64,000 nucleotides of DNA from positions 186,001 to 250,000 of the IMG/VR virus record IMGVR_UViG_3300027996_002186; one strand, given 5' to 3'. A program made the position numbers and the translations under genes. The notes under the pieces are model-generated. The model was not told where the DNA came from and did no database searches. It was given only the letters and a program-made list of their open reading frames with translations. Positions 9,104-19,314 of this stretch are shown here, in pieces. How positions within the stretch are numbered: position 1 is the stretch's first letter; each line of letters opens with the position of its first letter.

Positions 9104-10618
9104 TTATTTTTGTTTTCTATCGTGGTGACTATGACCCTCGTTTATTCTTTCTATTTCTCTAAGATAAATTTCCTTTCCTTCTCCTAAGAATTCACTTAGC
9201 TCTTTTACTTTAGAAAAGTCTCCATCACCTTTCTTTATAGCCGCATCAAGAGCATCATCAATTAAATCTTGAATCTCTTTTTTACTTAATTGAGAGTAAT
9301 CTGATTCTCTTTCAATTGTTTTTTGTTTCATCTCATCCTCAAATGAAATATCTTTTTCTTTACTAGGTTCAATTGTATCTCCATCTTCTTCTGGTTCGTT
9401 ATAATCAGAATTAGGTAAAGCTTCGCCTAATTCATACTCATCTATTGATTTGATTATTTCTTCTACCATCTCATCAACCTTTGTTCTAGCTTCTGGGGTA
9501 CTTAAAAGAATTTTCTTAACCAATGGTAAGAACTCATCTACTGGTAAAGCGTGTAACACACCATAGAAGTGTTCTCTTATATTTGGATACTTATCAACAT
9601 CCGGAGCTTCATTAACAAAATCTCTTATATCTGATGCTAATTCTGGTCCATATCTGAACTCTTCTGCTTCATCATCCATTGTAGATGTATTTGACATAAC
9701 TAATCCAGCAGTTCTTTTATCTTCTGGTATACCAGCCGCTGCTATTAATTCATAAATACCTTTAACAGTTTCATGTAATAACATTGGGAAATCTACACCT
9801 CTTGCTTTTATAATTGGGTTACCACTTGATAACAATTCTTGTATATCCTCATCTTCGTTATCTATATCAGCGTCATCTTCTTCAAGATTCTTTAATATTT
9901 TCTTTGATAAATCTTCTTCTTCTTTTGCTTCTGGCCATTTTACTGAACATGCTCCTGCCGCTCCTTCTGGTGCTTGTTCCATCATATCACCTTTAACATC
10001 AACTGGTATTAACCAATCCATTTTATCAGCTAATTCTGTTAATCTCATCCATAGTGTGTGAGCTTCTTCACCTGGTCCTTGACCAAGAATAGCTTGTAAT
10101 TCAGTTTTAACTTCTGGCATTGCTAAAATTCTTTTGGTGTTTTTAGCTTCACCTTGTGTAATATTGTTTATAACCTTTCTTTTATCAACCTCTTTTTTAA
10201 TTTCGGGATCTTCTAATAATTGCATAGATGGTGGTTCACAATCTTCACACTCTTCATCCATAAAAGCCTTAACATCACCTGGCCTAACAATCTTAATATC
10301 TAAATCTACATTATCTAATATAGACGCATATTCTTGCATTATTATTCTTTCTGCTAATTCTTCTAAAGCATCTTCATTACCTCTAACAAACCTCATAGAT
10401 TGTCCCATGACTTCCATCATCTCTCTACCTACTTGCATTGTTTGTCTTGGAGGTCCAAATCTAGGGTTTTCCTCATTGGGTACACCTATTCTTTGACGAG
10501 CTCTACGCTCAACATCACTTAAATATTTCTTTTCATCTTTATCAGCCCCTTCTCCAGGTATACCTGAGTTACCTTTAAGAGAAACTTCTTCATTCATAAA
10601 GTCGTTAAAATTCTTCAT
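9104..10618 (-). CDS. acidic hypothetical protein with CTS-like leader and degenerate zincin-like LLHETVKG motif
   Basis: 504 aa starting MKNFNDFMNEE. Confidence 0.7.
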   Translation of the reverse strand: MKNFNDFMNEEVSLKGNSGIPGEGADKDEKKYLSDVERRARQRIGVPNEENPRFGPPRQTMQVGREMMEVMGQSMRFVRGNEDALEELAERIIMQEYASILDNVDLDIKIVRPGDVKAFMDEECEDCEPPSMQLLEDPEIKKEVDKRKVINNITQGEAKNTKRILAMPEVKTELQAILGQGPGEEAHTLWMRLTELADKMDWLIPVDVKGDMMEQAPEGAAGACSVKWPEAKEEEDLSKKILKNLEEDDADIDNEDEDIQELLSSGNPIIKARGVDFPMLLHETVKGIYELIAAAGIPEDKRTAGLVMSNTSTMDDEAEEFRYGPELASDIRDFVNEAPDVDKYPNIREHFYGVLHALPVDEFLPLVKKILLSTPEARTKVDEMVEEIIKSIDEYELGEALPNSDYNEPEEDGDTIEPSKEKDISFEDEMKQKTIERESDYSQLSKKEIQDLIDDALDAAIKKGDGDFSKVKELSEFLGEGKEIYLREIERINEGHSHHDRKQK

Positions 10619-10887
10619 TATTTATTGACATATTTTTTTATGTCTTCACCCTTATCATTAAGGAGACTCACGAATTTATTAACAACGTCTTCAACACTAG
10701 ATGTTGGAAGTTCCATTTTAGGATTAGGATTAACCGATGGTTTATCTCTCCTTATTGGTGATGGTCTACTAGGTCTTGTTCCTGGTTTAACATCTGGAGT
10801 TGTTGTTGGTGCTGGTTTAGTTTCCACTTCCTGTCCACCCATTACGAACTCTTCATTAAATTTTTCGAATTTTTTTAAAAATCTCAT
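10618..10887 (-). CDS. small Pro/Thr-rich protein with CTS-like leader
   Basis: 89 aa MRFLKKFEKFNEE...PAPTTTPDVKPGTRPSRPSP; late box at 10912-10920 (minus strand). Confidence 0.7.
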   Translation of the reverse strand: MRFLKKFEKFNEEFVMGGQEVETKPAPTTTPDVKPGTRPSRPSPIRRDKPSVNPNPKMELPTSSVEDVVNKFVSLLNDKGEDIKKYVNK

Positions 10888-10999
10888 AAGCTTAGTTATT
10901 TTTGTACATATTATATATTAAAATTATAATTCTATTTTTCGAATTCAATGAAATTTAACTGGGTTATTTAATATATACTTTATAAATTAAAAAATACGC

Positions 11000-11395
11000 A
11001 TGAAAAAATTCACTAAAGTTTTAGAAGATATTGAGAATGGTAGATTCTTCAAAGTAAATGCTGAGATAGAACTTATATTACCTGCTGAAAATGAGGGCGA
11101 GGCAGGGTATCTATCAGATTCTATATTATCATCAATTGAGTATGGTTCAAATTATCAAATAAATAACATTGATTCTACTGAAGAAAGAATTGAAGAAAAT
11201 ATGGAAATATATAAACATAAGCAAGAGATGATGGGAGATGGTAAAACACCAGAAGAAATAATAGAATTAGCTTGGAAAAATGAGTTTGGTGATGCTATAC
11301 CTGATATAGAACAGAGAATGGAATTTTATCATGATATGAGATCAGATGGATATGAGACTGAATTAATATTTAAAGCGTTAAAAGGTAAATTTTAA
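11000..11395 (+). CDS. hypothetical protein with CTS-like leader
   Basis: 131 aa MKKFTKVLED; late box 10969-10977. Confidence 0.7.
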   Translation: MKKFTKVLEDIENGRFFKVNAEIELILPAENEGEAGYLSDSILSSIEYGSNYQINNIDSTEERIEENMEIYKHKQEMMGDGKTPEEIIELAWKNEFGDAIPDIEQRMEFYHDMRSDGYETELIFKALKGKF

Positions 11396-11429
11396 TTTAA
11401 TATATAAACAAGATAAAAAATTATAGAAT

Positions 11430-11984
11430 ATGAGAAAGTTTTCAGATTTTGGTGGTAAAAGGCCAGTTAAAGCAATAAATGAGGTAGAAGAAACGGTAGA
11501 TTTGCAACCAATTAGTGGAGATGGATCTGTTACTGCTAATCTACCTGGTAATGTAATCGTACCACAAGAAAAAAATGATGATGAGATAGTTGGTACAACA
11601 GAATCTAATGATGTTTCTACTTTCTTTTCTAAGTTATTTGAAAGTAGAGAAATGGCACACGTTTATCATTTACAAGTTAGAGGTGATGAAGGTTCTTATG
11701 CTAAACATATGGCACTTGGATCTTATTATGAAGAAGTTCTTGGTATGGTTGATGATGTTATCGAGGTTTATCAAGGTCAGTATGGTATAATAGAAAACTA
11801 TGATGTTATTGACACTAGTGAAACTAAATCAAAGGAACCAGTTGCTTATTTTGAAGAATTGGGTGAATATATAAAACATGCTAAAAAATGTATATCAGAA
11901 GAAGATACTCATTTACATAGTATAATTGATGATATTGTTTGTTTGATATACAAAACACTTTATAAGTTAAAATTTAATAAGTAA
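11430..11984 (+). CDS. ferritin/Dps-like four-helix protein (DUF5856-like) with CTS-like leader
   Basis: AHVYHLQ...SYAKHMALGSYYE...D..IEVYQGQYG...YKL; late box 11398-11406. Confidence 0.7.
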   Translation: MRKFSDFGGKRPVKAINEVEETVDLQPISGDGSVTANLPGNVIVPQEKNDDEIVGTTESNDVSTFFSKLFESREMAHVYHLQVRGDEGSYAKHMALGSYYEEVLGMVDDVIEVYQGQYGIIENYDVIDTSETKSKEPVAYFEELGEYIKHAKKCISEEDTHLHSIIDDIVCLIYKTLYKLKFNK

Positions 11985-11988
11985 TATA

Positions 11989-12498
11989 TAAGAAAGTTTA
12001 ATGAAGTTGTGAACAAGGCACTTATCGTAAAGATAAAAATGGTTTGATTTTACTAAGGATTATAAAAAAAAAAAAGGTTATGGCAATAGAAATACAAGGG
12101 TTTGAAACAAGATTTGGTGATAGTTACGAAAAAGCATATGCTCGTATAGTTTCTTTAAGTATAAATTATACTAGGGAAATTGCAGAGGTTAGTATTGGGA
12201 TTTATAGAAGTGAGCTTGATAGGGAAATAGGAAAAGACCCCGTATCACTAGAAAAAAAATTAATTGAAGGTTCTCATTTTATAGAGTTTTTCAAAGAGCT
12301 TCAAGTAGATAAAATTGATGCCAGTATAAATCCAATAGCAGATATTTATAATGACCTAACTATAAGAGAGGGTAAATATAAAGGTGGAAAGAAGTTATAT
12401 GATGAGATGATAAATGATGAAGGTGAGGTAAAAGAAATTAGCAAAGATGAAAAACTAAAGGAAATAAAATGAACCATTTAAGAAAGTTTAATGAAGTT
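11989..12498 (+). repeat. 20-bp exact direct repeat TAAGAAAGTTTAATGAAGTT at 11989-12008 and 12479-12498
   Basis: Read directly; both copies encode the leader peptide RKFNEV and flank one gene. Confidence 0.85.
12080..12472 (+). CDS. hypothetical protein
   Basis: ORF-track ORF 12044-12472; ATG 12080 after an A-tract is the more plausible start. Confidence 0.7.
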   Translation: MAIEIQGFETRFGDSYEKAYARIVSLSINYTREIAEVSIGIYRSELDREIGKDPVSLEKKLIEGSHFIEFFKELQVDKIDASINPIADIYNDLTIREGKYKGGKKLYDEMINDEGEVKEISKDEKLKEIK

Positions 12499-12739
12499 TG
12501 GGAGCCTACACTTCCAAATAAATATCCAAATTCTAGTGGTGAATTACTTAGAAATGAATTCGGTGAATTCAGTAAATCTAATGAGTGAGGTTAGAGATAT
12601 AATAAATAAAGTTGCTAAATTGGAAAAAACAGAAAGCGTAACAAGATATTTAGATGAATTACATAAATATTATAAAACGTTAGATAATGTTCCAGCAAAC
12701 TTAATGAATGGTAATATTAAATACAACTCAATTGATTAA
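12469..12739 (+). pseudogene. probably frameshifted CTS-leader gene (or two tiny ORFs)
   Basis: ATG 12469 gives MNHLRKFNEVWEP...SKSNE* (stop 12588); a coding-like frame (SEVRDIINKVAK...) continues in +1 to 12739. Confidence 0.5.
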
Positions 12740-12741
12740 AC

Positions 12742-12771
12742 AAAAAACCCAACTTAATCAGTTGGGTTTTT
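12742..12771. terminator. bidirectional intrinsic terminator
   Basis: AAAAAACCCAAC-TTAATCA-GTTGGGTTTTT. Confidence 0.75.
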
Positions 12772-12957
12772 AATTTTAAATATATTTTCTATTTTAGATT
12801 TCCTTATTAAATTTATAGTTCTTATAAAATATCTAGACTTGATAGATAACCTTGGTGTAAAGTTAGAATTAGAAATAGATTGTACTGTTTCTATTGGTAT
12901 ATAAGGCACCCAAACTAAACCTGATTGTAGTGAATTACTTGTTTTCTTACCCGTCAT
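12754..12957 (-). CDS. small protein containing a C-terminal-region fragment of gp23-type major capsid protein
   Basis: GLVWVPYIPIETVQSISNSNFTPRLSIKSRY aligns ungapped with T4 gp23 GIYYAPYVALTPLRGSDPKNFQPVMGFKTRY (recalled sequence). Confidence 0.65.
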   Translation of the reverse strand: MTGKKTSNSLQSGLVWVPYIPIETVQSISNSNFTPRLSIKSRYFIRTINLIRKSKIENIFKIKNPTD

Positions 12958-12978
12958 ATAAATTATATGATGTTTTGA

Positions 12979-13296
12979 TTATTTGTTTTCAGTATATAAA
13001 TACTTCCTTCCTTCATCATTATAATCCATTAGATTATTTATAACTGTATCAACTTTGTCTAAGCTATCATCCAATTCCTTTTTAATTATCTGTAATGCCG
13101 ATATAGAATCATCTATTTGGTCATTTCCTTTCTTTGATTGGTTTTTATAGTTATTTAGTTCGTTTATATAAGATTCGATTTTTTTATTCTTATCTTCTAT
13201 TGTAGAAGTAAATCCTCTCAAATCCTCTATTATCTCACCAACCCTTGCTGTTGATATGTCTATCTCTTCGTTTTCAAAAACTTTCTTAATTTTCAT
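12979..13296 (-). CDS. coiled-coil protein with CTS-like leader
   Basis: 105 aa MKIKKVFENE; heptad pattern. Confidence 0.7.
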   Translation of the reverse strand: MKIKKVFENEEIDISTARVGEIIEDLRGFTSTIEDKNKKIESYINELNNYKNQSKKGNDQIDDSISALQIIKKELDDSLDKVDTVINNLMDYNDEGRKYLYTENK

Positions 13297-13316
13297 ATGA
13301 TTGTATTTTTAATATT

Positions 13317-13330
13317 TAATATATATATTA
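13317..13330. promoter_or_regulatory. palindromic back-to-back late boxes serving divergent genes
   Basis: TAATATATATATTA is a perfect palindrome containing TAATATATA on both strands. Confidence 0.65.
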
Positions 13331-13333
13331 ATT

Positions 13334-14023
13334 ATGAAGAAGAGGAATAAGCTTATTTTAGAGTTTACTGAATTTAATTTGCAAAGATTTGGTGCTGAGT
13401 CTGCTGGTGGTACTGGTGTGCCAATGACTGATAATCCACAATTATCTTTGGATGCTTTTGATAAACACCAAAGTGGTGTTAGACAAGCTATGTCTAGAAT
13501 TGATGATATTCTTCATAACTTAAAAGGAACTAGTGCTTATTCTACATTAAGATCTAAATTAGCTTTAGAAGACCAAGATATAAAAAATATTAAAATACAA
13601 AGAATAATTAAATCTAATTCTGTTCATTATGATGTTTATTTGTCAATAATCATTGATGATATAGAATATTGGGGTACGATTCTTAACATAACTGGATTAG
13701 ATCCTAAATTTGAATCAGAAGTATTCAAAGACTTTGATTTATATCAACCAAAAGAATGGACTATTAAGATAAAAGGTTTAGTTATTAAAACATTAAAAGC
13801 TTGGTTAAAGCCTGATCCAGGTATGTATAAACTTATAAATAATGAAGTTATATGTTATTCAGTTGATACTGGTAAACAATTAAGAATGGAAAAAGGTATT
13901 GAGATTGAATTAGTTAGATCTCATGATGATAAAATCATTGTAAGACATGATAATGAATCTTATAATCTAGTTGGTGATAACTTTATCTACTTTAACTATT
14001 GGTTTGATCCAGTTGAAGATTAA
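13334..14023 (+). CDS. hypothetical protein (CTS-like leader)
   Basis: 229 aa MKKRNKLILEFTEFN. Confidence 0.75.
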   Translation: MKKRNKLILEFTEFNLQRFGAESAGGTGVPMTDNPQLSLDAFDKHQSGVRQAMSRIDDILHNLKGTSAYSTLRSKLALEDQDIKNIKIQRIIKSNSVHYDVYLSIIIDDIEYWGTILNITGLDPKFESEVFKDFDLYQPKEWTIKIKGLVIKTLKAWLKPDPGMYKLINNEVICYSVDTGKQLRMEKGIEIELVRSHDDKIIVRHDNESYNLVGDNFIYFNYWFDPVED

Positions 14024-15589
14024 TCAACTAAGTTTATCCTCTATTGACTTTAATCTAATATCTAACTCTTTTATTGATTCAGAAACTAATGCATACCATT
14101 CAGTTGGAAATTCTAATGATTTAACTTTATCATCATTAACAATTTTTTTAATTTCCGGATCTTGAGACTTTCTTTCCGTCACCCAATTTGGAAAGTGTGT
14201 TTGTACATCATCAGCTAAAAACCCTACGTCCTTTTTACCACTTATTTTCCAATTGAATTCAACAGCTTGTAACTTTTTAAGTTTATCTAGTGAGTTTGAT
14301 ATAGACTTTATATTAGTTTTAAGTCTTTTGTCAGATGTTCCTAACCAACTTCCACCACCACCCCCTTTTGATGCTGACCCATCCTGGTAAAAACTAAAGG
14401 CTCCAGTGTAATTTGCACTTCCATTATTACCATCTACTCTGATAGTGGTAAAATCAGCAGAATGTCTATAAATATAGGTGTGTGCTGGTGCAACCGGTGT
14501 GATAATTAAAGGATCATTTGCCGGTACAGTACTTCGACCAAGAATATCAATACCACCTTGTGAATTAGTGGTGCTACCACCTGTTCCTGTATATAACCAC
14601 CAATCCGCCTTTACTGTTGTTGTGGATCTAATAGCACCACTTGTGAAAAGATTGCCGTAAACATTATATGTTGAAGTACCACCGGCGATGGCGAGATGTC
14701 TCCCTGAGACTGTTGATGGAGAGGTCCCAATTCCTATATTACCAACAAAATATGCGCTTCTATTATTAGAGGCTGCGGTAACAAAGAGAGGCCATGCACT
14801 GAATTCGTCCCCTTTTATATAGAGTCCGTAAGCACCAACAGCAGCACCCCCAAGGGCAAAACCAACACCGACTCCCTTCATAAAGTTTCCCTTACCTTCC
14901 ACTCTGAGATTTTGAGTGTTGGGTGTAAATACTAACCCAGCATTAGTTCTTACATCATCGTAACCATCGCTATCTGAATTTATAAAAAGTATCCGTCTGT
15001 CGGTACTGGTCGTTCCATCATCCGAGTGATATATATTATCCGAATTTATACTATCTCCAACCGATAGTGTGTTTTGATTTACCCAAATCGGATTTGATCC
15101 TCCTGCTTGTAATACCTGTCCCGAAGATCCATTAGGTAAGTAACTTAATGCTAATGTACCAGAAGTTATATTACTAGCATTTAGTTGAGTTATAAAAGTT
15201 CCTTCACCATAAAACCCACCAGATCCATCTGATTGTATATCACCATTAACGTGAAGTGTTTTTATGGGTGATATGCCTATACCAACATTACTACCAACGA
15301 TCTGAATAATACTATCATCTAATACATTACCACCTCCAATGAATTTTGGTATGAATCCTGGAGTACCGCTACCTGCAATACCACTAGATGCTTCAGTTTC
15401 AAATGTTGTTCCATTCCATACATATGGTACTCCACTAACTCCATCGTTTAAATCCCATACACGCATACCTGCGTATTTATAAGGTAAATCATCCTTGTCT
15501 GTATAAAATTGACTAGGCCCAACAACTAATCTGTTATCGATGGCGTCTGCCACATTTACTTGAAAATTATCTATTATTTGTATTGCCAT
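14024..15589 (-). CDS. tail fibre/spike with C-terminal peptidase S74 intramolecular chaperone
   Basis: NVGIG repeats, Gly/Ser/Thr-rich body, SDKRLKTNI...F-x-WK...GFLA, terminal coiled coil. Confidence 0.85.
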   Translation of the reverse strand: MAIQIIDNFQVNVADAIDNRLVVGPSQFYTDKDDLPYKYAGMRVWDLNDGVSGVPYVWNGTTFETEASSGIAGSGTPGFIPKFIGGGNVLDDSIIQIVGSNVGIGISPIKTLHVNGDIQSDGSGGFYGEGTFITQLNASNITSGTLALSYLPNGSSGQVLQAGGSNPIWVNQNTLSVGDSINSDNIYHSDDGTTSTDRRILFINSDSDGYDDVRTNAGLVFTPNTQNLRVEGKGNFMKGVGVGFALGGAAVGAYGLYIKGDEFSAWPLFVTAASNNRSAYFVGNIGIGTSPSTVSGRHLAIAGGTSTYNVYGNLFTSGAIRSTTTVKADWWLYTGTGGSTTNSQGGIDILGRSTVPANDPLIITPVAPAHTYIYRHSADFTTIRVDGNNGSANYTGAFSFYQDGSASKGGGGGSWLGTSDKRLKTNIKSISNSLDKLKKLQAVEFNWKISGKKDVGFLADDVQTHFPNWVTERKSQDPEIKKIVNDDKVKSLEFPTEWYALVSESIKELDIRLKSIEDKLS

Positions 15590-15607
15590 GTTCTATATAT
15601 AAATTTT

Positions 15608-17125
15608 TTAATATTTGAATTGGTAATTTACCGATGGTGGTCCAATTTGTGGAGCCCCATTCCATTGATAAACATAAAATTCTTTTGCTGCCCATAATCC
15701 TGTTGGTGATGATAAAACTATTGGTGTGTATGAGAATGATCCTGATGATGTATTCCCATACTCATCATATATATTTGATAATGTTCCATAATCAGAATCA
15801 TATATAAAATATAAATTACCAATCCCATTAATATCAATTATCTTATCACCCATTGATTCTGTTAATTTTGATAACCCAGCTAATCCAATACTATTCATTG
15901 TTAAATTTGTACTAAATCCATGAAAATATGGATAAATACCTGTAATCTGAGTACTTGCTGATGCTGTGTTTAATCCATCACCGACAGTAATTTTAAATTC
16001 TGTACTCACTGGTAGTATTGGTGATATAACAACACCACTTGAACTACCAGTTATTGTTTCATAAGAATTACTTACGATTGCTGGATAAGCCCCAGGTATC
16101 ATATTACTTAATCCGGTTATTGATGTATTTAATGTTTTCTTATTAATTGTATATTGTATTGAGGGTGATGGATAAGTACCAACTTCAGCATAACCAACTG
16201 AATAAACACCTGTTATTTCTATACTACAAGATGGTGGTAAATAATCATATATTATTCTTCTTAAACCCTCTGATAAAGGCATATTATTAAAAGTATCACC
16301 GTAGTTTATATCTCCTATTTCAACCGGACACATTCTGTCATCAGCAAATTCTAAAGAATAACCATTGAGACCCGCTGAAGTTACGTTTGTTGGTGTTCCA
16401 TAAATATCTAATTGTGATCCAGTATTTCCTATATAGTTTAAATCTGGTAATTTTATAAAATCCCAAATTAATTCACCATCCTCCATAATAAGAATCTTTT
16501 CATTAGAGGCTGATAAACCACTCTCATCGGATGTTGGGAATATTATATTATTTACTATAACACTTCCAGTATATCCACTACCAATCAAACTACCTTGTAT
16601 GTTTACATCACCAAATGATGGATTTATTATGTCTAATGACAGTGATTGTGTAGTTCCTGATACTATTTGACTTTGTATATAAGGAGCTTTTGTGTGTAGT
16701 GATAAATTTGTACCAGCTATTATAGCAACTCTTGTTGATGTTTGACTTTTTGTATCTATTTTTGTATTATAAAGAAATATATCAACATCACTTGTTAATA
16801 AAGTATCATTCATTATATTATCAAATTCATTATATGAATAAGTTCCAGAAAATGCTCTTTTACCTAAATAAATTTTTCTTTTAATATCTCTTTCACTTGG
16901 GTTGATAGCATCTAATCCAACATAAGATACCGTACCACCTGGAACCGTTGTTTGTTTAAATGGTACACTTGACCACAAAGACAAAATAGCATCTCTTATA
17001 TCCAAAGGGTTTACTAATTTATCCTCGTTATCCTCAAGCTTTAATAAGATATCATCCAAGTAATCTTGTACTGGATAACTTATCGCTTCAGTTGGTAAAC
17101 CTGTATTTACACTGAATGTCATCAT
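15608..17125 (-). CDS. putative virion structural protein (paralog of 17128-18762)
   Basis: 505 aa, beta-rich; shared blocks P.D.RDA..W, DIK..I..GKR.F, DIFLYNTK. Confidence 0.7.
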   Translation of the reverse strand: MMTFSVNTGLPTEAISYPVQDYLDDILLKLEDNEDKLVNPLDIRDAILSLWSSVPFKQTTVPGGTVSYVGLDAINPSERDIKRKIYLGKRAFSGTYSYNEFDNIMNDTLLTSDVDIFLYNTKIDTKSQTSTRVAIIAGTNLSLHTKAPYIQSQIVSGTTQSLSLDIINPSFGDVNIQGSLIGSGYTGSVIVNNIIFPTSDESGLSASNEKILIMEDGELIWDFIKLPDLNYIGNTGSQLDIYGTPTNVTSAGLNGYSLEFADDRMCPVEIGDINYGDTFNNMPLSEGLRRIIYDYLPPSCSIEITGVYSVGYAEVGTYPSPSIQYTINKKTLNTSITGLSNMIPGAYPAIVSNSYETITGSSSGVVISPILPVSTEFKITVGDGLNTASASTQITGIYPYFHGFSTNLTMNSIGLAGLSKLTESMGDKIIDINGIGNLYFIYDSDYGTLSNIYDEYGNTSSGSFSYTPIVLSSPTGLWAAKEFYVYQWNGAPQIGPPSVNYQFKY

Positions 17126-17127
17126 AA

Positions 17128-18762
17128 TTAAAATATAAATTCAAATTGTCCAACTCCAACATAACTTGATGTAGCTGTTGTTCTCCACACTTTAAATGGT
17201 CCTGTATAATCAGGATGTGTTATACTAGAACTTGTAAATATGGAATAGGTTGGTGATGTATAATTATATATTTCGAATCCACTTGGATCTTTGATATACT
17301 TTATATCTGTTGGGTATGTTCCTGGGTATATGAAATATACATATCCATTCCCACTATAAGGAACCTTATATGAGTGTGAAACTCCCATGTAAGGTTCTAT
17401 CAATTTTGGTGAACCTGTTGTTACTGTTTTTAATTCAGCTCCGTTTGTTGCTATTGTTGAATCATAATCGTAAAATATTGGATTTATGAAACTTATAGTT
17501 TCTGTTGAACTGAATGAATATCCTCCTGGGAAAGAACCTCTAAGTGTTGGTGGTGTTCCTGATATAGAATTATATGAAATTGATGGTACTTCTGCGTTTG
17601 AAACGTAAAGTGTAAATTCCATATCACCACTCACACTATATGTAGCATGATTAAATGTTGAATATGTTGAACTTCCGGGTATATCACTAAAAGTTGATCC
17701 ATATCCATCTCCGTTGAATGATGTTACTAATGTGTTAGATATATCTTCTCTAAATTGAAAATCCCTAACTAACTCATTATCATCTCTAGCATATGTTGTT
17801 ATTGACCAATCAAATTCTAAAGAAGGTGTTGTTCCAGCTTCAGCATATGTTGTTCCTGTTGTTGGGTTGATAATGCTTAGTTCTAAAACTGGTTCTATAT
17901 AAGGATAAAGTATTTGTCTTATAACTTCACTCATTGGCCAATCTTGACCAGCGAATGATCCAGTCAAAAATGTTGCTCCTTGTGTTATACCACCAATTGT
18001 TACTGGTACTACATTCTCATCAACAAACTCTAAAGAATATCCATTTAAAAGAACAGGACTTCCATAAATATTAGTTGGTAATCCAGGTGTTCCTATATCA
18101 GATATTGTAACAGTCGAATCATCCCATTTCAACGAACCATATGGGTAAGTACCAAAGTATCTTAAAATCTTACCATTTGAAGCATTAGTTGATGTTTCGG
18201 TTGCAGTTGGAAATACAATTCCATTAATTGCTACCCTTCCAACTGTTGAGAAAATATTAATATCACCACCGAATAAAGATGGGTTTGTTATATTTAGATC
18301 AAGTGCATCATCCGTTGGGTTTAATACTGATTCTAAATAAGGTGCGAATGTGTGTAGTGTTGAATTTGTTCCCGCTAATATCGCAACCTTTGTTGAACTT
18401 TGTGTTAGTGAATCTGATTTTGTGTTGTAAAGAAATATATCAGCATCTGAACTATTCATAAGAGAACTATTCATTATGTCTAAATTACCAAAACTTCTTT
18501 TACCTATTAATATTCTTTGTTTTATATCTCTATTTTCTGGATTACCAGAATCAATACCAATATATTCTTCTGTTGAGTAAGTTGCTCCCGTTGTAACTCT
18601 AAAAGATGAATTAGCCCAAGTTGTTAAGAAAGCATCTCTAACATCCCTAGGTGATATTAACTTTTGTGTATTATTAGGTAAATCTCCTAATACGGTAAAA
18701 ATGTCTGTTTTTCTTGTAGATTCAGTTACTTGACCTACGTTTATACTATAAGTAGAAGGCAT
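17128..18762 (-). CDS. putative virion structural protein (paralog of 15608-17125)
   Basis: 544 aa, Ser/Thr/Gly-rich; late box 18783-18791 (minus). Confidence 0.7.
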   Translation of the reverse strand: MPSTYSINVGQVTESTRKTDIFTVLGDLPNNTQKLISPRDVRDAFLTTWANSSFRVTTGATYSTEEYIGIDSGNPENRDIKQRILIGKRSFGNLDIMNSSLMNSSDADIFLYNTKSDSLTQSSTKVAILAGTNSTLHTFAPYLESVLNPTDDALDLNITNPSLFGGDINIFSTVGRVAINGIVFPTATETSTNASNGKILRYFGTYPYGSLKWDDSTVTISDIGTPGLPTNIYGSPVLLNGYSLEFVDENVVPVTIGGITQGATFLTGSFAGQDWPMSEVIRQILYPYIEPVLELSIINPTTGTTYAEAGTTPSLEFDWSITTYARDDNELVRDFQFREDISNTLVTSFNGDGYGSTFSDIPGSSTYSTFNHATYSVSGDMEFTLYVSNAEVPSISYNSISGTPPTLRGSFPGGYSFSSTETISFINPIFYDYDSTIATNGAELKTVTTGSPKLIEPYMGVSHSYKVPYSGNGYVYFIYPGTYPTDIKYIKDPSGFEIYNYTSPTYSIFTSSSITHPDYTGPFKVWRTTATSSYVGVGQFEFIF

Positions 18763-18810
18763 CGATATAATTACTTTTTATGTATATATTAAAAAGTGAT
18801 ACTAGGTAAT

Positions 18811-18839
18811 AAAAAATCCGATAATTACTTATCGGATTT
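18811..18839 (-). terminator. intrinsic terminator
   Basis: AAAAAATCCGATAA-TTAC-TTATCGGATTT; U-tract on minus strand. Confidence 0.7.
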
Positions 18840-18885
18840 AAATATAATTTTGATTCTATGTTTTTGGGTTGGATTTAGTAAAGAA

Positions 18886-19287
18886 TTAATCAAATAAGAA
18901 ATCTAGTTTAATTAAGTCTTTAACCTTAGCCGTTTTCAATTCTAAATCTTCGAATTTGATTTTATCAAAGTTAACTTCGTTTTCAATTGACATTAATTCG
19001 TTCATTTCTTTTGAAAATTTTTCTACATTAGTTATATTAACAGCATCTTCAACAATATTACCTGATTCATCCTTTGGTCTGATAGTATTACCCTCTGAAT
19101 CTTTTTCAACATACTTTTCTAAAATCTTTTTCTCAGTTGTTAATTTATCTTCAACGATAGAAGAAATTTCTTTTATTATTCTTGTTAATCTAAATGCTGC
19201 TGTAGCATTTATATCAAATTCGATTAAGCTGTTTAAAGCTTCGATCGTTTCGTTATTTAATTCTGAGTTTTTTACAATGATTGACAT
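18886..19287 (-). CDS. hypothetical protein
   Basis: 133 aa helical, acidic ORF. Confidence 0.7.
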   Translation of the reverse strand: MSIIVKNSELNNETIEALNSLIEFDINATAAFRLTRIIKEISSIVEDKLTTEKKILEKYVEKDSEGNTIRPKDESGNIVEDAVNITNVEKFSKEMNELMSIENEVNFDKIKFEDLELKTAKVKDLIKLDFLFD

Positions 19288-19314
19288 AATTATTACTTTA
19301 TATTTTGTTTTATA

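Noticed and set aside
7500-10921. Plus-strand ORFs 7500, 8793, 9814, 10134, 10625 and similar shadow ORFs elsewhere (e.g. 52, 18956, 33089, 56516, 60781)
   Set aside because: Antisense or alternate-frame shadows of longer well-supported genes; Ser/Leu/Phe-rich with no motifs.
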